Positions 49,714 through 59,510 of a stretch of 64,000 bases of DNA are shown in pieces; positions within the stretch are counted from its first letter, which is position 1; every line of letters starts with the position of its first letter. The notes below the pieces were generated by a model. The model was not told the DNA's origin. It ran no database searches and was given only the letters and a program-made list of their open reading frames with translations. A program made the translations under genes and the position numbers. This stretch comes from Centroscyllium fabricii (lineage: Eukaryota), in contig JBNRSN020000009.1 in NCBI GenBank assembly GCA_051313645.2, positions 63,054,001 through 63,118,000 of the forward strand, written 5' to 3'.

Positions 49714-51533
49714 GGGCTTGATTTTACCAGACCTGAGGAGGCGGGTTTGGAGGCGGGACTGCTGGGAAAATCAAAAAGAATGAAAGCGCATCCCAAACCC
49801 ACTCCCAACCCGCCTCCAACCAATCATCCCGGGAGTCAGGTCCCCAATTTGCGCAGGGACCCGACTCCTAGCAGCGGGAAGAGGATTACAAGAGGAGGCG
49901 CTACAGATGTATTCGAGCCCGGACGACCAGGCTCAGGAACAGCTTCTTCCCTAGGGCTGTTATCCAGCTGAACTCTATCACTCAACACCAAATCTGTCTA
50001 CCATCGGCACCTCCACCCGCACTTCCTGCATTAACAGCCCTTTTGCCCCCCCCAGCACTTGCTCATCTACTCTTTGAAATGCTATTTGCACTCTTTATTC
50101 ATTTGTCTATTTATTTATTATTTATCCATAACTCTGTATAATTTATAACTTAATGTCTGCTATGTCATATCCTGGGAGCTTGCGAGCTCACCTTTTGTTG
50201 CACTGTGATTATAGACTGCAATGACAATAACATTGAATTGAATTGAATTGAATTGAATTATAGCCACTTAACTGCCTGTTAACAGGTGGTCAACAGGCAG
50301 TTAACAGGCTTTTTCTCATTTTGAGACTTCTGTCGTGGGTTTCCCGACATCAGGGAACCCCGCCAGGGTAAGTGAGGCGTGCTGTGGGTATGTTGTAATG
50401 TTTATGTATAGATGACAGCGGCAGAAGTGGTGTGAAGGATGCAATGGGACACTGGTGAGTATCAGAGATAAGGCAATGTTGGGAAAGTCATTTTTAATGT
50501 GTTTAGATTTTTCTGTAGGTGACAAACTTTGAAGTGTTTGTGTGGCCTCACCTCATTGAGAGAAGTGACAGATCGCTTCTGTACCCTCACCTGCAGCTGC
50601 CATCTGTTTTATCCTAAGGAGTCATTGGAGAGCCTGGGTGCAAGGGCTCACCTTTGTACAGTGATTGTCAGTGTTTGACAGCACCTCAATGCTGTCAAAC
50701 ACTGTCAAAAATAACTGGTCCCTTTAATGAGGTCCAGTCCCGCCCCCAGCTGCATCCAGTCCACCGACGTGATTTTCCCTTGATTGATCTTGTTAAGCCT
50801 GCCCTGCGGGCTTGCCAGCCAATTAACAGGAAGCTGGTCTGATTACATCATTTGATGACGCGTCATCTGCCGGTTTCCTTAAAGAGACCACAAACAATTT
50901 TATATTGACAGTTGATTTCTCAGTGTTTGACAGCATTGAGGTGCTGAAAACAGTGACGATCACTGCACACAGGTGAATTCTTGCACCCAGGCTCTCCAAT
51001 GACTCCCTCCATATGCTGGAATAGATGGCAGCTGCAGATGAGGTAACAGAGGCGATCTGTCACTGGTGAGAGAGGTTCTCCCAATGAGGTGGCACTGGAC
51101 ATGGATTTAAAACTTGTCACCTAAAGAAATGTGTGAATGTATTAAAAATGCTGTACCCAACAATTTCTTTCCTCTGAGACTGCAACATTTGATCCTTCAC
51201 ACCACTTCTGCAGCTGTCATCAATCCAGAAACATTACAGCAGACTCACAACACGCCACACTTACCTGGCATGGTATCCGGACGTCGGGAAACCTCAGCCA
51301 GAAACGTCAAAATCGAAAAATAGGCTGACAACTACCTGTTAATAGGCAGGTAATTGCTTTCAATCCGCTTCCCACTGCTAGGTGTCAGGTCCATGCGCAA
51401 ATCGGGGATCCGACACTTGGGAAAGCTTTTTGGAGGTGGGTTGACAGCGGGTTTCCTACCCGGTCAATCTTTGATATGTTGACAGCGTACTCACCTCCAA
51501 ACCCGCACTCTGAGCGCCGGCATAATCAAGCCC
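49714..51533. mobile_element. Fold-back Harbinger-type MITE with long inverted arms
   Basis: TIR GGGCTTGATT / AATCAAGCCC; 50330-50705 is reverse-complementary to ~50920-51300. Confidence 0.75.
49889..50256 (+). mobile_element. Short Rex1/Babar 3' fragment
   Basis: RRYRCIRARTTRLRNSFFPRA; (TTGAA)n tail; ATTA duplication. Confidence 0.8.
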
Positions 51534-52283
51534 TCTGTGTCAGTTTCATTACCAAAGCTCCCCAAGTACTTTGACTGGATCTCAAAGCAATGTTGGTGGG
51601 AGTCCTGGGGGGGATTATGAAGTTGCAATCTTTGGAATGTTAGCATTGAGCATGCACATCTTAATTCCATATGACACATTAAATGGAGCATTAGGGATGT
51701 TATATTGGTTAAGCAGAACCATTCACAGAGCTATCAACATAAGGAAAATGTCAGGTGTCGCAAGGGTGTCAAGCTTTCGACTTCATGGATAGATTATGGA
51801 GTCTCCAGGGCCACCTATCATATTTCAATCAATGTTCCCATTATTTTGCATATATTTCAAAGTTGTTAATACTAAGAGATCTGAAGGTCTGACTTATCCA
51901 CTAATGAGGCAACATCACTAAAAACAATCCTTTCGCAACTCCTAGGTGGACACACTTCAAACAGAACAAACCAGCACATAAGAAATAATAGTTCTAATAG
52001 GATGGAATTTCCTGGGCTTTGAGGGGCAATTGGATGGGCTTGGGAGTCGCAGGCTGGACACTCCTGAATTAAAGTGACATGACTTTCAAGCTAATTTATA
52101 CACTTTTTGGTTTCGATATACATTAAAATATGTTAAAATAAAATGAATGATTGCCATTACCAATGGACCACACATGATAGTTTTGCAAAAAGAAAATACT
52201 GCAGATGCTGGAAATCTGAAATAAAAACACAAAATGCAGGAGATACTCAGCAGGTCAGGCAGCATCTATGAAGAGAGAAACAG

Positions 52284-52320
52284 AGTTAACGTTTCAGGTC
52301 CATGACCTATCGTCAGAACT
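52284..52320 (-). ncRNA. Minimal type I hammerhead ribozyme motif (second copy)
   Basis: - strand AGTT-CTGACGA-T-AGGTC/ATG/GACCT-GAAAC-GTT-AACT. Confidence 0.65.
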
Positions 52321-52377
52321 GGAAAAAAGCTTCATGGATAGATTATGGAGTCTCCAAGGCCATTTCCTGCTTTTTCC

Positions 52378-52414
52378 AGTTCTGACGAAAGGTCATTGAC
52401 CTGAAACGTTAACT
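52378..52414 (+). ncRNA. Minimal type I hammerhead ribozyme motif
   Basis: AGTT-CTGACGA-A-AGGTCA/T/TGACCT-GAAAC-GTT-AACT. Confidence 0.7.
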
Positions 52415-53695
52415 CTGTTTCTCTCTTCACAAATGCTGCCTGACCTGCTGAGTATCTCCAGCGTTTTCTGATAAGTTCTGCATTTGCGTACAAATAGTAG
52501 AATTTGAGTAGAATCCAGGAGGCGGACACGATGCATCTAGCAGCTTTTTACAGCTGTGGACTTATCTCTGAGGGATAGGTTTTATTGGTGGAGATTGTAG
52601 ATTTCTAATCACCACTAGCACTGCTCCCCCCATCTGCCTCCATTCCCCAGCTTCCTCCTTTATTCAGAAATGCAAGCCTTTATCTTCTGTGTGCTCTTTA
52701 TGATTGGCAGATTGAGTAAGTCTGTGTTTTATACTTTTCCTCTTTGAATTCCCCAGAGGGTATTTCTACTTGTTTTGAACAGGATAAATTTTCAAAAATT
52801 GGGTGCAAGATCCGAGCATAAAACTCCTCTGGCAATAAATTGTGACACTGTAGATGGTGTGCCCAGTGCTACAAGGAATGATGAAGTTAACTTCAGAAAT
52901 GAATGCTATTCATTTGCAGCCAAGTTAGAAGAAACGAAAACTAAGAAGATGAATGGATCAAGTGTTGATGGAATTATACAGCTTCTGCAAATGTGTAATC
53001 ATTTTGTTTAAAACAAATCTCAGCATTATTACACGCCTGATACCATATCAAGCGAAATAGGCTAATGGGTGGTTCTGGGATTCTCAAAAATGGCCAGGGT
53101 TAGGAGCTTATTCTTGCAAACATACATGGCCTTGATTTTCATCGAGTCGTGGAGGCGGGATTGGAGGCGTGCGGAGGGTTAAAAAAAAAAGAAAGAAAAA
53201 AGAAAATCGCAAAACCTGGCATGTGGGACTCCCCACCCCCCGCCCCGGCCTGGTTCCCGACTCCGAGCAATTTTAACTCAGTCGTGTCTGATTGTCCCGA
53301 CTCCGTCCCGCATCCAACAGGCAGGACTGGTCGTTTAGGCCCTTCACGAGCATTAAATGGCCTCTATAATCCTATTTTGAAAAACCCTTGTAAATTTAAC
53401 CCTTTTCCCATGTGAAACACGCCTGGTGGGAAACACGAATGTGAAACCTGGCAGAAGCACTATTGGATTGCTGAATATCAACTGCAGGTCAGCCATTAAA
53501 AAGGAGATTTGATCAGCCATGATTTGCAGGTGGCAGGGCTTAGTGGTCTCAGGTCTGGGGCAATTTTTAGAAGGCCACTTTTAACCACACCTGTGGAAGG
53601 TTGGAGCCTCACACCCATCTCCAGTGTGACCTCCTGGGAAACCCCTCTCACCACCTTCATTCAGTGCTTCCTCAACGGAGGCATACACCAGAAGC

Positions 53696-56600
53696 ATGGG
53701 AGCCATTTATTTCCTTCCCATCTGGCCATTAGAGGAGCTCGAGCACCAGGCGTGGCACCAGCAGAACCAGGAACAACAGCAGCACAAACATCAGCAGCAG
53801 CAGGAGCGCCAGGCTGCTGCTCATCCACCTGAAGCTGCACAGGCCAGAAGGGGCCAGCGCCTGGAAGTCCGTCGGCGCAGGATATACGCCCCAAACAGGG
53901 TCTACAGACGCAGAGTCAGCTACCTCAACATGTCTGAGCAGCAGTGCCAAAGGCGGCTCCGACTTTCGCGACAGGTAGTGACTGACATCTGTGCAATGCT
54001 ACAGCAAGACCTGCAGCCCAGAGGACCAGGTGAACAAGCATTACCAGTGGCCATCAAAGTCAGCACCACACTCAACTTTTTTGCCTCAGGCTCATTCCAG
54101 GCATCAGCAGCAGACATCCTCGGCATCTCCCAGGCGGCCACACTGTGGTAATCGTATTACCATTTGTATATAGTTGTTGTATAGATACTGTGTGTAAGGC
54201 CAGGTCAGCCACACCTCTAACTCCTCCCCTCAGGTGGGAGCTTATAGGTAAGGTCTGCCCTGCCCCCAGTTATTCTGTGCCTGATGTTCGACTGGAGACT
54301 AGCTCCGTCTTTAAGCCGACTTAAGGTCGATTGTTGAAAAGACCTTATACTGGGCGATCTGATTAACCATATCCGAGATGCGGGGAAGGGGGTAGGCGTC
54401 GAGCCCGGTGTAGCGGTTAATCGTCTGGCTGTAGTCAATGACCATGCGCAGTTTCTCGCCGGTCTTAACCACTATGACCTGGGTCCACCAGGGGCTGGTG
54501 CTGGCCTCAATTATCGCCTCTTGCAGCATACGCCCGACTTCCGACCTGATAAATGCCCGGTCCCCCGCACTGTAACGCCGACTCTTGGTAGCAATAGGTT
54601 TGCAGTTGGGGTCGAGGTTGGCGAACAGCAAGGGGGGTCGACTTTCAGGGTGGATAGGCCGCAAGTCGGGCTCCGCTTTAAGAAGCGATTGTCCCGGCTA
54701 CTGACGGTGAGGGGGGCCAGGGTCCCGCCGAACTCCATTGTCACGCTCTTCAGGTGGCACTGGAAATCCAGTCCCAGTAAGACTGGGGCGCACAACCGCT
54801 GGAGAATGTACAGCTTGAAATTGCGGTACACGCAGTCCCTGACCGTGAGCGTGACGGAGCAGTAGCCGGTGACGTCCGCCGTGTGGGACTTTGAGGCAAG
54901 GGAGATTTGGTAGTGCGTGGGCTGGGTCCGCAGTGCGTAGCGCCACACTGTGTCGGGGTCGATGAAGCTCTCTGTGCTTCCGGTGTCGAACAGGCAGTTG
55001 GTAATGTGCCCGTCCACTTTAATCCCCATCATAGAATTTGATAGGGTGTGCGGCCTAGCCTGGTCGACAATGGCTGAGGCTGAAGTGTGTGTGTGTGTGT
55101 AGGGGCCCTCCGCTAGCTGGGGCCGTGCACAAGATGGCGGCGCCCGTGATTCGCATGCGGCTGACCGCGGTGGACAAGATGGCGGCGCCAGGGAGTCGCA
55201 CATGGCTGGCCGCTGAGAACAAGATGGCGGCGCCCGTGATTCGCACGCGGTGGACCGCGGTGGGCGAGGTGGCAGCGCCCGTGATTTGCACACGGCTGAC
55301 CGCGGTGGATGAGATGGCGGTGCCCATGATTCGCATGCAGCAGACCGCGCTGGGCAAGATGGTGGCGCCGGGGGGGTCGCACATGGCCGGCCGCTGTCAC
55401 CTCTGGGGTGGCGGCACCTGTGCCGCGCGCGCGGCCGGCCTCTGCCGTACAGATTTGGGGGACTGAAGCGCCCGCGATTTACCCCCGGACCGCTGCTGGG
55501 TCGCGCTGCAACATTTTACCTTGGGCCATGGGATGGCGTTGGAGCTCTCGCAGGCCGCGCTGTTGGGTCTGGAGCTGGACGCTGGGGCCGACTTGCAGGC
55601 TCTGGCTTAGTGTCCCTTTTTGCTGCATCGCTCACAGGTCGCGCTCCTCGCGGGGCACTGCGCTCGCGGGTGCTGTCCCTGGCCGCAGAAGTAGCATTTT
55701 CGCTCCGCCGGCGTCTTCGCAGCTGCCGCTGCCACTGTGAGGTTCTCAGCCTGTCGTGGTGGTGCCCAGGGATCGAGGGTATCATGTGGGCCTTGGCCGC
55801 CATATGGCTCTAGCTTGCGGCGCGCTCCGTCCACCGCATTTGAAATCGAGATCGTCTCTTCCAGCGACAGAGTGTCTTTTTCCAGCAGCCGCTGGCGGGC
55901 CTGGCTGGACCTGATTTCAGCCACGTATGCGTCCCGTACGAGGAGATTCGTCTCCTCCTGCGCCGTTCGTGGCTGGCAGTCGCAGGCCCGTGCGAGGGCT
56001 TGAAGCGCCAAAAGGAATTGTTCATTCGACTCACCGAGTCGCTGTTGTCTGGTCGCCAGGACGTTTCTAGAATAGACCGAGTGGACCGGGCGCAAGTAGC
56101 AGTCCTTCAATTTTTTCACTGCCTCCGTGTACGTCATGAGGCCGTGGATGAAGGAGTACACCCGGCTGCTGATTCTTGACGAGAGGACCTGCAGTTTGTC
56201 CCCGTCGCTCGTTGCCTTTGCGGCCTTCATATAGGCCTCGACTAGGCCCAACCAATGTTCGAAAACGTTAGCAGCTTCTGGTTCTTGTCGATTTATATCC
56301 AATCTGTCCGGTTTCACTGCGTTACTTTCCATTTAAAATAAAGTTAATAAAATTGACGTATCGTCAATAATACGAAAGACGAGTAGTTACCTTAACTACA
56401 GGCTTTTATTAACTTTAAGATGGAGCTAGTCTCCAGTCGAACACAAGGTGAGAATGAATGGGGGCAGTGCAGACCTTACCTATAAGCTCCCACCTGAGGG
56501 GAGGAGTTAGAGGTGTGGCTGACCTGGCCTTACACACAGTATCTATACAACAACTATATACAAATGGTAATACGATTACCACACATACACACTTGTATCA

Positions 56601-57376
56601 CGCAGGTAACCGATGCCCTCTTTGCCCTCGCGCACAATCATGACCATTTCACCAAGGATCGAGCAAGTGTCACGGTGCGAGCGGTTGGATTAGCTCATCT
56701 GGCAGGCTTTCCAAGGGTGCAGGGAGTCGTTGACTGCACACATGTGGCCCTTAGGGCATCCCATCACAATCCAGGTATTTTTGTCAACTGCAAGGGCTTC
56801 AACTCCCTTAACGTTCAGCTGGTGTGTGACCACAAGAAGGAAATTTTGCATGTTTGCACCATGTACCCTGGCAGTTGCCATGACTCCTTCTTACTGCGCC
56901 AGTCTAGTGTGCCTCCGCTATTCAGTCCACCAGACCAACTTAACGGATAGCTAATTGGAGACAAGAGCTATCCCCTGAGGACGTGGCTAATGACGCCATT
57001 GAGGAGGCCAGCCAACGAAGCTGAGGAGCGCTACAACTCCAGCCACATTGCCACCAAATCCATTATTGAGCAAACCATCGGTTTGCTGAAGATGCGCTTC
57101 AGATGCCTGGATAGATCAGGTGGAGCCCAACAGTAGTCAGCAGCCAGGGTCTCCAGAATCGTCGTGGTTTGCTGTGCAATTCACAACATGGCACAGCGTC
57201 ATGGCTTGCAGATTCCTAAGGACCAAGTGGCTCCTCACATTTCCTCCTCAGATGAGGAGGATGAGGAGTGCAAAAACGAACATCCTGCAGAGGCCCATCA
57301 ACCAGCGGCAGCATTACGCGAGAACATTGCTGCCCGGGATGCAAGGAGCGCACTCATCCTGGCCAGATTTGCTTAG
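53696..57376 (+). pseudogene. Harbinger DDE transposase (HARBI1-like), split by the Gypsy insertion 54144-56583
   Basis: [23 protein letters not shown]|[51 protein letters not shown]; internal stop at 56948-56950. Confidence 0.88.
54144..56583 (-). mobile_element. Rearranged Gypsy element of the same lineage with inverted U3 ends
   Basis: 5' LTR 56354-56583 (-); gag-PR and RT N-terminus to ~54312; partial LTR 54144-~54314 in + orientation; flanks CACAC/CATAC. Confidence 0.9.
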
Positions 57377-57590
57377 CCTAGTCAATCAAACACTTTTGCC
57401 TTGCAGCTTCTTACCAGAGCATTGATAATGGCCAAGAACCAGAGGACTCCTTGCACTCTGACCACCATACTGACAGTTGCAAGTATTCTTAAGGCCTCAA
57501 TGTGGAAGTCCCAATAGCGAAATGACAGATGCCACAACTGCAACATTTGCCATCAGAATTTTTATGTTCAATAACAACGTGATGGTATTT

Positions 57591-59437
57591 TTACACTAAA
57601 CACAAAATTGCACCCAAGTGACTACCCTTGTGACTATTTGTGCAGAATTTTCCTCTTACGCGTGCTCCTACGTGGTGCCTCCCCTGTAGCTTCAGCAGAT
57701 GTCGAGGCCCCTTGCTCACTTTCCTGCTGCTCCTGTCTCGACACCATTGGAGGGTGTCCTCTGGGGTTGCGAGCCTGTGAGGGCTCATCAACATTCTGCT
57801 GCTACTGCGGCTGTAGAGGGGTTGAGACGTCCATCTCACTTGGGTGTGGACTCCGGTGGGGCTCTGACCGAGGGCTCTGCAGTGACATGGAAGAATGAGT
57901 GCTTGGAGAGGAGCCCCCACTTCCTTGAGGTCGGCCACCAACCTCACTCTCATGGGTCAGGTCCCCGTCAGTGCCTGCAAGTGGCTGGACAGCACCTTGC
58001 TGCACATCAGGGGGGCCATTGGGACCCGTATCTGCAATGGCAGTCCTACTCAGAAGGACTTCCATGAAGGTCTGGTTTCTCTGTTCAATAGATGCCCATC
58101 ACTCCTCAAGAGATGTCATTGTATTCTGAACAATGACCATGTTTTCCACACCCTGGTGACTAAGCTTCTCCATGGCCGTAGCCATTCTCTCCTGTACCAT
58201 AGCCATCCTCTCCTCTGTGGTAGCCAGCCTTACCATGGAGGTAGCAATCCTTTCCACAGAGGTAGCCATACTTTCCGTGGTGATGCGTTCATGCGCCAAT
58301 GACTCCACAAAGGCTCTGCTCATGTTTGCTATGGACTCCTCCATTCACTCAACACTCGCAGCGACCCTAGCGACAAAACCTGCTAGGGACTCCTGCATCT
58401 GTGCCTGAAGTTCCATCACCTCTGATCTCATGGATGGACCCAGAGGTAGAGGGTCAACATGTTGCTGAGCCGAGCTGGCAGAGTCCTGCGCCCTACGACT
58501 AGGACTCTCCACTGCTTTCCCTGTCTCCACGATCTGTTGATGCTCACTTGTGAGCTGTGATACACCAGGTGACAACACTACTGTTTGTCCCGAAGGTCCC
58601 ACCGAGGTGTGAGTGTCTACACTGGTGCTGGGTGCGCAGAATTCTGCTGACGCTGTGCCCTCAGATGTTGCAGCTTCCTCTGAGGAGTCTGGCTGCTCAG
58701 TCTCTACTTTCTGGCTAGGGGTGACGGATGCTTGTGATGGTCCTGTGGGGGAGTAAAGGAAATAGTCAGAGATGTGATGCCAAGGCTACATGCACATAGC
58801 GTTTTGCAGATGCTCATAAGTCCATCTGTTAGAGCTTCACAATCATTATCAGCGACTCATGCAATGTCAAAGAAAGAGATGGAAAGCTTTTCTGTCACCA
58901 ACTTGCTGTGTTGCACCCATCTGTCCGTCCTCCACGTGTGCATCATCCTCTATTCTCATAATTTCCAATACCGCCTCCTCCCAGGGGGTCAGGTGGGCTA
59001 TTGAGGCTGTCCCTCCTCCTGTCCTCACTCGCTCTCTTTTATTGTAAGTTCTCTTTTCCTGTAATGAGGGATACAAGTGGAGGTTGAGTAAGAATGAAGG
59101 AGTAAGTGTAGAGATTGCATAGCGTAGATACTTAGAAGGAAACTAAGATGGAGTGAGGTTGCAAGACCAAGGGCCATCCCTGTGTGTTGTCAGTTGTGTT
59201 CAAAGCATCACAGTGATAGGGAGTGTGAGGGCTGCATGGTCGAATCGTTATGTGAATGTAAGCATAGAGAGAGAGGGAATGGGTAAGGGTGCATGGATTT
59301 CAGAGTCAAGTGGGATGTGGAGGAAGAGATTGCTAAAGTGGAGTGCTGTTGAGGAAAGGCAATGGGGATCAGATTGAGGGTGATGGGAAATTCACTCACT
59401 TTTCTAGTGCGCTGAAGGTCATGAAATCTCTTGCTGC
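57591..59437 (-). pseudogene. Spliced Harbinger Myb/SANT-like ORF2 remnant
   Basis: CSKRFHDLQRTRK|GTGAG donor (~59400); TTACAG|EKRTYNKRERVRTGGG acceptor (~59060); CCACAG acceptor (~58743) to an exon with a coiled-coil-like MATSVERIATSMVRL stretch. Confidence 0.7.
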
Positions 59438-59439
59438 AC

Positions 59440-59510
59440 GGACGCGATGGGCCGAAGGGCCTCTTTCTGTGCTGTATTACTCTATGACACTATGACTCTA
59501 TGACTCTAAG
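59440..59510 (+). mobile_element. Very short CR1/SINE 3' tail
   Basis: GATGGGCCGAAGGGCCT..GTGCTGTA (CTATGACT)n. Confidence 0.65.

Larger units (their letters stand above)
52192..52470. mobile_element. Inverted pair of Penelope-like terminal-repeat fragments
   Basis: ~52230-52327 is reverse-complementary to ~52371-52470; each arm carries a hammerhead core. Confidence 0.7.
53128..59440. mobile_element. Autonomous-type PIF/Harbinger transposon, right end missing
   Basis: Left end GGCCTTGATTTT; convergent transposase (+) and Myb/SANT-like (-) genes. Confidence 0.8.

Noticed and set aside
54144-56583. DIRS-type or DNA-transposon identity because of inverted termini
   Set aside because: The termini are Gypsy U3 sequence, the interior is Gypsy gag-PR-RT with no tyrosine recombinase, and there is a 5-bp TSD.
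53696-57376. Domesticated HARBI1 gene
   Set aside because: Has a TIR-like end, a partner Myb ORF, stops and an LTR insertion, so it is a transposon copy.
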